Assembly (NCBI RefSeq): GCF_044704955.1
Contig: NC_091994.1
Coordinates: forward strand, 95,728,001-95,792,000
Direction: 5' to 3'
Length of the DNA: 64,000 nt
DNA from: Pristiophorus japonicus
Taxonomy: Eukaryota
Made by a program: the position numbers and the translations under genes. Numbering within the stretch: position 1 is the first letter of the stretch; each line of letters begins with the position of its first letter. The notes beneath the pieces are model-generated. The model did no database searches. It saw nothing but the letters and a program-made list of their open reading frames with translations, and was not told where the DNA came from. Of this stretch, positions 41,672 through 55,064 are shown one piece after another.

Positions 41672-44313
41672 TTATTAGCAATGGTAAGTTTTTAACCCCC
41701 TGCTGTGTACGGATAGGAGGCATTGAATTGTATGTGTTAATAAGGTCGTCATAATCACCAAATGAGAAAGAGCTCTGCCTGGTGCATCACTGAGCCACAC
41801 AGACACTACAATGGAGCCAGAGAGCAGAAATATCAGCCAGGGTTCCTACTCGATTATGAACCAATGACCCCTGCTGAAAAACAGGCTGATGTGGAGGCTG
41901 GGTAAAGACTACACAGGGTTCGGCTGTGATACCTGCCCCAGCCTGAGACACGTGCACTGGAGAAGGCGCCAGCATCTGTACAACCACAAGGGGTCTGCAA
42001 CTTCAAGACAGAATGGAGGACAGAACTATAGTTAAAACATTCGCCATTTTATCACAGAGCCCTTGTATTTGTAGACTTACATTAAGCATCGGACCCAATG
42101 AGAAAATTCGCTGTATAGTTACCCCACACTACTGTTATATCCAACTCATCGGGTGTGAGACAAAACCAGCACCCAACAATGTCCAGCATAGGCAAACTAA
42201 GTCAGTGTCACTGACAGTGGACAACAGTGCAATTCTGCCCCGGCAACTCCATCTAAGCCATACAGAGCAATGATGTCACTAGGAATTCCGTGAAATGCAT
42301 GGGTGGGTGGGTTGAATAGTTTGCTTCTGTCTTCCTCTGAAATGGCTCCATGTTAAAGGCATGGTATAAATGTAAACAGCTTTACTGTGTCCACTTGGAC
42401 TGTGAAACAATGGGCAGTTGTAGAATTAGATTCCAGATTTTGTCACATCAAATTCAGGTTGTGACTGGAGTGTGTATATTGAGTTCTACGACACGAGGGT
42501 GAAATATTGATAGCTACAGTTCAGTCAGTGGTGGTGCAAGTGGTGGAAACAATTAGAAGCGGTAGATTAAAAATATAAGGAATAGAGTAGGCCATACAGC
42601 CCCTCCAGCTTGCTCTGTTATTCAATAAGATCATGGCTGATCTTCGACCTCAACTTCACTTTCCCGCCCTATGCCCATTAAGAGTATCACAAGAAACGTT
42701 AGTACGACATTAAACTGCGCTGACTTACATGTGTTCTCTGCAGTAACACTGCAGCTGCTGCAGTGCCTCCCAATGAGCTTGGGTTAATGAATGGCGGGGG
42801 TGGGGGACAGAGTATCAGCAGCCACCCTGGGTGGCTGTTATCCCTAGCAGCCAGCCAAAAGGGACACTGGCAGACTGTGAGCAGACGAGCTGCCTAGCAT
42901 CTCAACAGGAGGTTTTCAAATAAGGATAATTTACCTTGGAAATAAAATTACCGATAAACACAATCTGGCTTCTTGAGCAGCAGTGTTCAGGAAAATTGCT
43001 CTGTGTTAGGCAGCCAATCAGATACAAGGGTTGAATGTGTGTTAAATTTGAGAGATCATTCCTGCGGTATATTAACTCTTTGTATCCTGAGTAACCTTCT
43101 TGATTTTGCTTCAACTAGCTTGATTGGTAGAGTACTCTGAACATTTATCACTGTTTTTGAATCGCTCAGCATCTGGCTACATGGCTGATAACTTTCTTTA
43201 CGTTTTATCTGCTGCAGTTGCATTTTTCACCCCCTCCTTGGCATCGAACTACAAGGGAATAAAAGCTGCACTTCTGACTTACAGCAGAAGAGATCAGGGT
43301 GAACCTGATGGCTCAGCTAGTCCCCGCACATCCATTCCCCAGCACTGCTCTCCCTCACCTTGAGCATAAAGATCTACAAAACCCTGACTTTAGAAATGCG
43401 ATTTCACAGAAAGTAAAGCACATGTAACCATCAAAGCTTCTTCCACACAAGCACACAGCAAAGTAATTCCAAATCACCTGTTTTGGCCTCAGCAACTGGG
43501 AAGGAAAGCAGAAGCAAAACCCTCCATTCTCCAGGAGAGCTCCTGTTGCCAAACCACCGGAAGCACTCCGTTAGAATGATCTCCAAAATGCTTTGGAAGC
43601 AACACCCTCAGTCGATAAATGCACTACCAGTGCAGCACTGAGCAGGAAGGTCGTGCATTCAATCAGTGGCCTGTGCCAAGTGAGCAGTCTCTGGTAGTGG
43701 TTTGGCTCCAGAACTGGGTTCAGAGCATCTGGTTCTCACTCCCAACATTGAGCCCCCTGCTGGAAAGCGCACATGTCCCTAAAGTCACAGAGTTGCCTGG
43801 GTTTACAGGGTCAGACTGGATACCTCAGGTTCAGGATCACACGTGAGGACAGAATACTGGAGGGAGTCTGTGTAACTGTATCCGAGCACAGGTCAGCATC
43901 GTTGGGGCGGGGGGGGGGGGCGGGGGGCAACGATGACGAGAAAGTCACCTGACTTGATCATCGATGTGATGTTAAAATTTACCAAAATGCACTTCACCTG
44001 GACTTCACTATAGTGGGCTGGTGCAGATACAGGACATGTACATCCCAGCAAGCCCCAGACACATGAAAGGGAGGCACCAAAGAATTACGCAAGTTGCAAG
44101 GGGTCAGCTCCAGGTTGTGGTGGCACCAAACTACCCCAAAACCACAGAAATACTATGCTATGACAGAAAGCAGGCAACAAACACAACTAAGGGAAGTCTT
44201 TATCTCTTGCTTACATTCAGACCCACATACAGCATCTAGGTCTAAGCATTTGGAGGTGCAGTCTCCTGCTTAAGTTGCTCCATTTGCACTGCTGAGTACT
44301 GAACGCAAGGAAC

Positions 44314-46583
44314 ATAAACTACTGCCCCACCTCAACCACCCGGAAAATAAACCACTGCCCCACCTCAACCACCCGGGAGATAAACCACTGCCCCACCTCA
44401 ACCACCCGGGAAATAAACTACTGCCCCACCTCAACCACCCGGGAGATAAACCACTGCCCCACCTCAACCACCCGGGAAATAAACTACTGCCCCACCTCAA
44501 CCACCCGGGAGATAAACCACTGCCCCACCTCAACCACCCGGGAAATAAACTACTGCCCCACCTCAACCACCCGGGAGATAAACCACTGCCCCACCTCAAA
44601 CACCCGGGAAATAAACCACTGCCCCACCTCAACCACCCGGGAAATAAACCACTGCCCCACCTCAACCACCCGGGAGATAAACCACTGCCCCACCTCAACC
44701 ACCCGGGAAATAAACCACTGCCCCACCTCAACCACCCGGGAGATAAACCACTGCCCCACCTCAACCACCCGGGAAATAAACCACTGCCCCACCTCAACCA
44801 CCCAGGAGATAAACCACTGCCCCACCTCAACCACCCGGGAAATAAACCACTGCCCCACCTCAACCACCCGGGAGGTAAACTACTGCCCCACCTCAACCAC
44901 CCGGGAAATAAACCACTGCCCCACCTCAACCACCCAGGAGATAAACTACTGCCCCACCTCAACCACCCGGGAGATAAACCACTGCCCCACCTCAACCACC
45001 CAGGAAATAAACCACTGCCCCACCTCAACCACCCAGGAAATAAACCACTGCCCCACCTCAACCACCCGGGAAATAAACCACTGCCCCACCTCAACCACCC
45101 GGGAAATAAACCACTGCCCCACCTCAACCACCCGGGAGATAAACCACTGCCCCACCTCAACCACCCGGGAAATAAACCACTGCCCCACCTCAACCACCCG
45201 GGAAATAAACCACTGCCCCACCTCAACCACCCGGGAGATAAACTACTGCCCCACCTCAACCACCCGGGAGATAAACCACTGCCCCACCTCAACCACCCGG
45301 GAAATAAACCACTGCACCACCTCAACCACCCGGGAGATAAACCACTGCCCCACCTCAACCACCCAGGAAATAAACCACTGCCCCACCTCAACCACCCGGG
45401 AAATAAACCACTGCACCACCTCAACCACCCGGGAGATAAACCACTGCCCCACCTCAACCACCCAGGAAATAAACCACTGCCCCACCTCAACCACCCGGGA
45501 GATAAACCACTGCCCCACCTCAACCACCCGGGAAATAAACCACTGCCCCACCTCAACCACCCGGGAAATAAACCACTGCCCCACCTCAACCACCCGGGAG
45601 ATAAACCACTGCCCCACCTCAACCACCCGGAAATAAACTACTGCACCATCTCAACCACCCGGGAGATAAACCACTGCCCCACCTCAACCACCCGGGAGAT
45701 AAACTACTGCCCCACCTCAACCACCCGGGAGATAAACCACTGCCCCACCTCAACAACCCGGGAGATAAACTACTGCCCCACCTCAACCACCCAGGAGATA
45801 AACTACTGCACCATCTCAACCACCCGGGAGATAAACCACTGCCCCACCTCAACCACCCGGAAATAAACTACTGCCCCACCTCAAACACCCGGGAGATAAA
45901 CTACTGCCCCACCTCAACCACCCAGGAGATAAACCACTGCCCCACCTCAACCACCCGGGAGATAAACCACTGCCCCACCTCAACCACCCGGAAATAAACC
46001 ACTGCACCACCTCAACCACCCGGGAAATAAACTACTGCACCACCTCAACCACCCGGGAGATAAACCACTGCCCCACCTCAACCACCCGGGAGATAAACTA
46101 CTGCCCCACCTCAACCACCCAGGAGATAAACTACTGCCCCATCTCAACCACCCAGGAGATAAACCACTGCCCCATCTCAACCACCCAGGAGATAAACTAC
46201 TGCCCCACCTCAACCACCCAGGAGATAAACCACTGCCCCATCTCAACCACCCAGGAGATAAACTACTGCCCCACCTCAACCACCCGGGAGATAAACTACT
46301 GCCCCACCTCAACCACCCGGGAGATAAACTACTGCCCCACCTCAACCACCCGGGAAATAAACCACTGCCCCATCTCAACCACCCAGGAGATAAACTACTG
46401 CCCCACCTCAACCACCCAGGAGATAAACCACTGCCCCATCTCAACCACCCAGGAGATAAACTACTGCCCCACCTCAACCACCCGGGAGATAAACTACTGC
46501 CCCACCTCAACCACCCAGGAGATAAACTACTGCCCCACCTCAACCACCCAGGAGATAAACTACTGCCCCACCTCAACCACCCG
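44314..46583. repeat. 33-bp minisatellite, ~69 copies, in RPL22 intron 2
   Basis: Unit ATAAAC(C/T)ACTGC(C/A)CCACCTCAACCACCC(G/A)GGA(G/A); head-to-tail with no spacers. Confidence 0.98.
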
Positions 46584-48824
46584 TCCTCTCAAGATCTTAA
46601 CTATTTTGCTGGATCAGATGTCCAACTTTCTACAACTCCCTCTTTGAAACCCTCCACAATCAAGATTTCCAATGCCCCTCCCCAAAGTACCAAAACGGAG
46701 CTAATCAAAACACAAATGGCATTTCATGACCGCTAACGACTTCTCTTCTCAGCCAGTATAGTCATGGCCCCATCCTTTTCTTCATCTGCATGCTGCCTCT
46801 TGGTGACTTCAACGGACATGGGGTCAGCTTCCACGTGTACACTGATAGCATGCAGCTTTGCCTTAAATCCTCCACCGCCTCGGTGTTGTTACAAAGCGCA
46901 CCTGACATCCAGCCTTGGATGAGCTGCAATTTTCCCCAACTAAACACTGGGAAGACTGAAGCCATCATCCATGGGCCGTCACAAACATTGTACTCTCACC
47001 ACTGACTCCACCTCCCTCGCCAGACAGTCTCAGCATCCCATTTCACCCCGAGCGAAGCATCCGACGTAACATCCTCTCCATCAGAGTAACTATTTCCATA
47101 TCGTAACATTGCCCACATCTATACTGAAACCACCATTCTATGTCCAGGCCACCTCCAGCCTCAGCTAACCCAATGCTTCCGTGGTCAACCTCCCATTTTC
47201 CATCCTTCATAAACTTCAGCTCATCCAAAACTCCGCTCACCCACCACCCCTGCCCTCACTGACTTGACACCTCAAATTCTAAGTTTAAATGTTCCCATTC
47301 AGATCACTTCATGGTCTCATCCTAAAATTCCTCCATTTTTCACACCATCAGTGTTAATTCCTAATGCCTACAGCTATCTAAGTTCTACACTCTCCCTGCC
47401 TCTTCTCCTTACAACCCACCCTTAACCAAGCCTTTGGTCACCCTCCTAATAATGCATTTAGCTTGGCTCCTTCCTTATGCCCCTGTGAAACACCTGTAGA
47501 TGTTAACGGCATTATATAAATGCAGGTATTGTTGAGCACATAGCACTCCCAACTCACCGTTCCTATGGACATATGAAATGCTCATGAAAAGATCAGTCAC
47601 TCTCATCCCAATGTTGATTTCTGATACTGCAGCCTTGCCCAGGACCTGTCCTTTAGTGGCTCCCAAAAACCAGAGGGCAGCACCAAAAAAAACAAGCATC
47701 TCTTTCCAATTGGAATGACATGGGACCAGTGTCAGGCTAGCAGAGGAAGAGAGGTGGTGTTACCTGAAGGCTGCAGTTATCCCATGGATCACTGCTCTCC
47801 CAGAGCTCCATGGGTAATATGGACATTTTTTTTTAGCCAAATTTGATGATACTTCTTCAACTCAGTTCCTCCCTACCATAATGTACGGTTGGAAAAGCAG
47901 AGACTTATTCAGCGGTTGCACCAAGGGACTCCAGTTAAATCAAGTCTCCTGAAAGAGCAATTACAGAGAGAAGCACAGGTTCGGTGCAGCCAGGTTTTCT
48001 TGCCTCCACATAGCTGGGTTGTGGAGCCGTAACTGCATTTATATTGGCAGACAGCACACAAAAACAATACACACCAAGCTGGAGGAGTTTGGTTAATTTC
48101 TATAGTTACAGACAGAAGTTGAGATTAAGGTCCAAGTTTCAGGCTGCACTGCTGGCAAGTGTCTAACTCACAAACAAGAGCGCTTTAGCCTTTAAATATC
48201 AACAGATAATTAAGTTGATTAAAAAGATAGGAATGTCAGCATATGTATCTGCAGGTATTGTATTACCTATCAAGGAGTATGTACTCTGCTGTATTTCATG
48301 ACCTGAGTGCATGCAAATTCTTCTATACAAGAATGACAAAATCTGTTGGTATTAATAATGCAAAAGATCTGCAAGTTAATGGGAGCATGGATTTAAAACT
48401 AGAGTCTCCTGGTGCGCAGTTAGACAACAGAGGCAAAATTTTGGAAAATAGCATGTAACACTGTGGGTGAAATTTTAACATTACAGCTACTTGAATTGCA
48501 AAGAATAACCATCAATTTAATTATATAGATTTCCAAATTTGGACGGTGTCTTTAAATACCCAGATAGCTCAAGACAGTTATACAGTGAGCAACTAAAGAT
48601 GTTAATTGAAATACTGCACACAATTGGAAAGCCTATTGGATGGTGCATGCTTTCTAAGAGCATATTGGTACCAATACACTCACTACACCTAGTGACAACA
48701 CTGCTAGAATTAAACAGTTATTTCAACAGACAAACATTCTGTATCCACCCTGCCACCTGAACGTTGTTTTTTTTAATACTGATGCTAAAACACATTCAGA
48801 TTAATAGGCACCATCACGTACAAT

Positions 48825-49675
48825 CAACTTGTATTTATATAGCGCCTTTAACATAGTGAAACGTCCCAACGCGCTTCACAGGAGTATTATGAGATTAAAA
48901 CATTTGACACCAAGCTGCACAAGTAGAAATTAGCACAGGTGACCAAAAGCTTGGTATGTTTTAAGGAGCGTCTTGAAGGAGGAAAGAGAGGTAGAGAGGT
49001 TTAGGTAGGGAGTTCCAGAGCTTGGGCCCTATGCAACAGAAGGCACGGCCACCAATGGTTGAGCGATTATAATCAGCGATGCTCAAGAGGTCAGAATTAG
49101 AGGAGCGCAGACATCTTGGGGGGGGGGGGTTCAAGGAGATTACAGAGATAAGGAGAGGCGAGGCCATGGAGGGATTTGAAAATAATTTTGAAATCGAGGC
49201 ATTGCTTAACCAGAAGCCAATGTTGGTCAGCGAGCACAGGGGTAATGGGTGAGCAGGACTTGGTGCGGGTTAGGACACAGGCAGCTGAATTTTGGATCAC
49301 CTCTAGTTTACGTAGGGTAGAATGTGGGAGGCCAGCCTGGAGTATGTTGGAATAGTCAAGTCTAGAGGTAACAAAGGCATGGATGAGGGTTTCAGCAGAG
49401 AATGAGCTGAGGCAAGGGCAGAGACAGGCAGTGTGATGGAGGTGGAAATAGGCTGTCTTCGTTATGCTGCAGATACGTGATCAAAAGCTCATTTCAGGGT
49501 CAAATATGACACCAAGATTGCAAACAGTCTGATTCAGCCTCAGACAGAAATTGGGGAAGAGGGATGGAGTCAGTGGCGGGGACCGAAAACAATGGCTTTG
49601 GTCTTCCCAATAGTCAACTGGAGAAAATTTCTGTTCATCCAGAATTGGATATCGGACAAGCAGTCTGACAATTTC
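48825..49675 (-). mobile_element. L2 LINE 3' fragment (representative of many copies)
   Basis: IQNSAA.VLTRTK...ITPVL...HWL.V..LDFKI..LHGLA.PYL and LWNSLP motifs; further copies at ~3530-3910, 4990-5345, 8130-8890, 9630-10020, 19785-20960, 23590-24665, 37855-38215 and 46760-47535. Confidence 0.8.
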
Positions 49676-49999
49676 AATGAGTGGTTAAAGTTACCCCATC
49701 ATCGTACCTAGTGTTCCAGAATGACAAATGTGAACAGAAAGCAGAAGCATACACTGGTTTAGTGTAGAGACTGTCACAGTACTCATCACCACAGCGCTAG
49801 GACGCAGCCACAACTGCAGCCTGCATATAACGTACTATGTCTGCTGTGTCTTCTCTGCCTATTGTGAGCTGGTGCGCAGAGGAAAGCTAGTAGGAGACCG
49901 CCAGAGTCCCTGCTGCATACAAGTGCAAAAGGTGGGCTATTCCCAATTCAGGTTTAATTTACAGAACAGGCATTAGGAACTGCCACCAAGTAAACTTAC

Positions 50000-50101
50000 A
50001 AAATTGGAGGCGTCCATGATGCCATCTTCCACTGGATGTGTGCAATCCAAGGTGAATTTCAGCACCTGCTTCTTCTTCTTGCCCCTCGTCAGAAGCTTCT
50101 T
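50000..50101 (-). CDS. RPL22: RPL22 exon 2
   Basis: ttgcag|AAG...TTT|gtaagt; [34 protein letters not shown]. Confidence 0.96.
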
Positions 50102-51890
50102 CTGCAAAGCAAGGAGATTGGGAGTAAATGTTAGTGGGATGCACAAAGCCAAGAAGTGACATACTGTGACACAGCAGTGCTGAATCATGTGAAAATAGCC
50201 AATAAAAAGTAACCATCAATTTTCCAATATAACTGCAATTACGATTAAATTGTCAAATGATTCAGCTTTCTGGTCTTCAGGGCAAAGTAGGGAACCTTTT
50301 TATTAAAGATCCAGTGCCTGATTTAAACGACCATGTGTGTATCAATGATGTTTCTACAGTGGCAATTGCAATTTTCCATGCAGGCTCCTGACCACAGCGA
50401 GACTGCTGAGCAGACACCTTCCCCACAACGAGAATCTGATTTGAAATGGGCAGCGGCAATCCAACTGTGGCAGAACGGGAAGGAAGAAAGGTTAATGATT
50501 ACAGATTACAATGCACCCGATGGCAGCAAATACACAACAGGGGGCAACAACCTACAGACAGGAGATGCACCACATTTCTAGAACTATCACAGCAATTCAG
50601 CAAACATGTGCAGGAGTGCCAAATTACAGCTGTTCTTAGCACTCTTGTCCACAACTTGGAAAGTCATGGGGTCAAGTCTCACTCCAGAATCATAGCACAT
50701 GATCTAGATTCATACTTCAGTGCCATACTGAGATGAAACATTAAACCAACACCACGTCTACCATGCAGTTGAACATACAAGGCATTATTTCACCACAAGA
50801 TGAGTTCTCATGTCCTGACCAACAATTATCCTTCAACCATGTATGTGGGACGTTGCTGTGTGCAAACATCCTTCTTTAGATATACATGTCACAATCTAGA
50901 ACACTAGTGTGAATTTACAAACAATCTTACTCAGGTACAGGTTCCACTTTCCGTTGGTGCGGGAGTCTAGGACAAGAGAACACAACCTTAAAATCAGAGC
51001 CAAGCCATTCAGGAGGTTAGGAAACACTTCACGTAAAGGCTGGAACTCTCCCACAAAAAGCAGCAGATGCTAGCTCAATTAATAATTTTAAATCGGAGAT
51101 AGATTTTCACAAGTCATGGGTATATTATGGGATATGGAGCAAAGTCTGGTGGATAAAGTCAAGATACAGATCGGCCATGATCTCACTGAATGGCGGAACT
51201 GCCTCGACAGGCTGAACGGCCTACTCCTGTTCCAACATCATCAAAGTCTGGAAATGATGTCAGCAGGATATTGCACTGTGGAGGGCATCACAGCCGCAGG
51301 CCAAAATTGCCATTCTGTAATCACATTAAAGACCAGACCCCAACTGGCTGAGATTTACAGCCACAATGAGAAGGATTATATGAAAATATGTTGAAGAACT
51401 GGTCACGACATGCGGCGCTCCGAGTCTGAAGGCCGGGGCGGGGTAAGAGCTGTCGTCAACGCAAAGGATTGTAAAATATCCATTTATTCTGTATTTATTG
51501 ACTTTTGAAGGGAATTAAAAAGGTTTTAACAAACTTTTCCAAACACGTGTCGCACAAACAGCCCGAAACATGAGCCCGGCGTCTCCGCCCGCAGTGGGGG
51601 AGATAACGCTCCCTTCCAGAAATATCCACAGGCCGGAAGCGGTGTTGAAGCCCCGGCCCCGCGGCTACAGAGCCTGAGCCTGGTCCCCACACTCAGACTC
51701 CCACCCCGAGGCCGCGGCCTACTGCTCAGGCCTCCCTCCCCCACAGATCGCCAGCAATGGCAAGACAAGAGCCGAGCCAATCCTCACACGTCCCCGTGAA
51801 GAGGCCGACACCCGATGGAATCGAGGGCCGGCGGCGGCCACGCGGTCCCCCTGCTCGGAATCGCTATTTGCGGCGCGGCCGTAGACTCAC

Positions 51891-51902
51891 CGCGGGAGCC
51901 AT
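51891..51902 (-). CDS. RPL22: RPL22 exon 1 coding part (MAPA)
   Basis: ATG GCT CCC GCG|gtgagt after a pyrimidine tract, within a CpG island; same 4-codon first exon as vertebrate RPL22 (MAPV). Confidence 0.9.
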
Positions 51903-51904
51903 GT

Positions 51905-52160
51905 CTGTACAAGATGGCGGAAGCGAGAGAGAGAGGGGGAGAGGTCCGCGCCTGCGCGACACATCGCCTGCCCCGCTCCCAGAAAGCACCAATCACAGTG
52001 CGGAACAAAGCGCCTGCGCATTGCGACATTTAGAAGCACCAATCACAGTGCAAACCGACCGGTGTCTCCGGGCTGGTTACTGTACAACCCTGAGACACCA
52101 ATCACAGCACAGAGACTGCGCCTGCGTATTGCAGGCGGAGAACCACCAATCACAGACATG
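51905..52160 (-). promoter_or_regulatory. RPL22 promoter: 5'TOP tract, YY1, NRF1 and four CCAAT boxes
   Basis: Pyrimidine tract CCTCTCCCCCTCTCTCTCTC (51944-51925, minus); YY1 CAAGATGGCGG (51910-51920); NRF1-like GCGCCTGCG(C/T) at 51948, 52010 and 52118; CACCAATCACAG at 51987, 52037, 52096 and 52144. Confidence 0.8.
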
Positions 52161-52654
52161 TACCGTGCCTGTGCCCCTCACCAGGTTACTGAAAGATCGA
52201 TCGCTACAGCGGAAGGGCAGGCCGAGTGAAATCCATCTTTCCATCCTCCATTATTGAGGCTGCATTTAAAGAAACAGGCACCATATAATAGAATGACTCA
52301 GAAGTAGGCCATTCGGCCCATTGATACCTCTTTGGTAGAGCTCTCCAATTAGACCCATTCCATTGCTCTTTCCCCATAGTCCTGCAAATGTAACCCCTTC
52401 AAGTACATATCCAATTCCTTTTTGAAAGTTACTTCTCAATCTTCCAGGCAGTGCATTCCAGATCACAACAAGTCGCTGCATAAATATTCTCCTCATCTGC
52501 TCTCTGGTTCTTTTGCCAAATATCTTAAATCTGCGTCCTCTGGTTACGGACCTTTCTGCCACTGGAAACAGTTTCTTCTTATTTACTCTATCAATACACC
52601 TAAATGCACAAACCTATTAATGTGCAGTCGGTAGCCTGCTCATGGGTACCCACT

Positions 52655-53885
52655 TAACAACAACTTGCATTTATATAGCACCTTTAATGTCGAACAACAT
52701 ACCAAGGCGTATCACAGGATTTTAATCAGACAAAAATGGACAACGAGTGGACAGAGGAGATATTAGGACATGTGACCAAAAGTTTGGTCAAAGAGGTAGG
52801 TTTTAAGGATGGACTCAAAGAAGGAAAGTGTGGTAGAGATGTGGTGAGGTTTTGCGGGGTGAATTCCAGAGCTTAGGGCCTAGGTGGCTGAAGGCACCAA
52901 TGGTGGGGTGAAGGGAATGATAGATGCACAAGAGGCCAGAATTGGAGGATTGCAGAGTTCTCAGAGGGTTGTAGGGCTGGAGGAGATTACAGAGATAGGG
53001 AGATACGAAGCCAATGAGGGATTTGAACATGAGGATGATAATTTTCTATTTGGGGCATTGTGAACTGGAGGCAATGTAGGTCACTGAGCACAAGAGTGAT
53101 GGGTGAACGGGACTTGGTGTGAGTTAGGATATAGGCAGCAGAATTTTGGATGAGCTGAAGTTTACAGAGGCTGGAAGATGCGACGCAGGCCAGGAGAGAA
53201 TTGGAGTAGTCAAATCTGGAGGTAACAAAGACATGGATGAGGATTTCAGCATCTGATCGGCTGAGGCAGGGGCAGAGACAGGTGATGTTACAGAGGTGGA
53301 AGTTGGTGGTCTTTGTAATGGAGCAGATATGGGTTGGAAGCTCAGTTTAGGGTCCAATACAACGCCGAGGCTGTGAACAGTCTGGTTCAGCCTGAGACAG
53401 TGTCTAGGGAGGAAGATAGAATCAGTGGCTTAACCAGGACTGGATGCTGGACAAGCAGTCAGACAACACAGAGGCAGTGGAGGGGTCGAGAGAGGTGGTG
53501 GTGAGGTAGAGCTGAGTGTTGGCAGCGTACATGTGGAACCTAACATCTTGTCTTCGGATTATGTCATCGAGGAGTGGCATATAGGTGCGAAAACGGAGGG
53601 GGCCAAGGATAGATCCTCGGGGGACTCAAGGGATAAAGGTGCAGGAGTGGGAAGAGAAGCCATTGCAGGAGACTCTCTGGCTACGACTGAAGAGGTAAAA
53701 GTGGAGCCAGCCGAGGGCAGTCCCACCCAGCTGGATGATGGAGGAGAGGCGTTGGAGGGGGATGGTGTGGTCAACTGTGTCAAAGAGAGGTCGAGAAAAA
53801 TGAGGAGGGCCACAGTCACATTGCATGTCATCTGTGACTCTTTGATTAGTACCTTTTCAGTGCTGTGGCAGGGGTAACTTGACTG
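52655..53885 (-). mobile_element. L2 LINE fragment with RT remnants
   Basis: FDTVDHTI.LQRL....LGGTAL.W...YL..RSQRV RT motif plus the L2 3' tail. Confidence 0.8.
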
Positions 53886-54109
53886 GAGTTGTGGGAAAGA
53901 AGCTTGAGAGAAGGGAAATAAAGTGGAAAAAACAAAACAATTTCTCCACTGTAAACAATAAGGGCTGATTAAAATTGCCATCACTTCTTCGGCATCACTG
54001 TGTGCTGAAATGAAACACACGAGGGAGTAAACAGAAGTCAACCTCCCAGTCCAGACCTCAGCCTGCTGATAACCCAGGAGCCTCCCAGTGAAGGACACAA
54101 GTTCATGGG

Positions 54110-54200
54110 GCCATGACGTCAATGGGCAGCTGCTTTCTAAAAGAGATCAGAGATTTCTCTCATACCAGCCCGAGGCCAGAGAGACAGAACCGAGGTAAGG
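54110..54200 (+). promoter_or_regulatory. Candidate promoter plus non-coding first exon of a downstream plus-strand gene (RNF207 expected by synteny)
   Basis: Perfect CRE TGACGTCA (54114-54121), E-box CAGCTG, AT-rich TTCTAAAAGA, then a strong donor GAG|GTAAGG at 54194/54195 in unique sequence. No coding exon is seen in the window. Confidence 0.3.
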
Positions 54201-55064
54201 AGAGCACAGCCGAGTCCCAGATAACATCTCCCGCTACTCTTGTTAAAATCGCTTTAATGTCTGATGTTATTATATAACGTGCAGTCACAGGATCCGCTGT
54301 GTGGTGTGAGGTGGAGAGGGGACTGCTGTATGCAGCTCCTATTTGTACTGCTTATACTTGTTTAAAGATTTGAATTTGTTTTTTTCCATGAGCTTGCTCT
54401 TTTTGGAATATAGCACAGGAATAATGTTGTTGTGAAAAATAAGATTCACAAGTATATCTTTACAATAATACAAGAATTAAAACAGAAGTCAGATATTTAC
54501 TTAATTTCCATTTCATACAAAATATATTTTTTTAGATGTTGGACTTGTTGCATGTTGAATAGAAGTTTTAGTGCCGGTACTGGTCTATTTTACAATATTA
54601 CAATGAATAAAACACACCTTATATTCTGAGTCACATTTGTGAACTGGGTTGACAGATAAACTAAAAGAACCAAATTGGGACATGCCACCAAACTCACAGT
54701 ATCAGAACGCTCTAAAATAAATTGATTTTAATTTTATAGTTTTATAATTTAGAAAACTTTTAAACGATAATTCATACTTATTAAAATTAAGACATTTACA
54801 TAATATGTGAAAAATTACATTTGTGCGCACTTCCTGGCAATATTTTCCATTACATGTTTCTACATCCACATTTATAATGGAACGTGCTAAGTAAAGATAT
54901 CACGCTGAAGTGACATCCTCTCACCAATGGACGAGCTGCAATGTCACCACTGTTGGGAGATGTCATTACAATACGACAAGTTTATAGAGTCAGTTTCTGT
55001 TATAAATGTTGACATAGGAAATTCTAATGACAATTTTTAAATGTATGACTTCAAGATGGGGACT

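Noticed and set aside
44270-45622. 450-aa Trp/Gly repeat ORF as a novel protein
   Set aside because: It results from a 33-bp unit; there is no ATG, 32-bp units break the frame, and it lies in an intron.
44314-46583. CRISPR array
   Set aside because: No unique spacers, no cas genes, eukaryotic context.
51757-52257. 166-aa plus-strand ORF at the RPL22 promoter
   Set aside because: Spurious ORF in a GC-rich CpG island with no recognisable homology.
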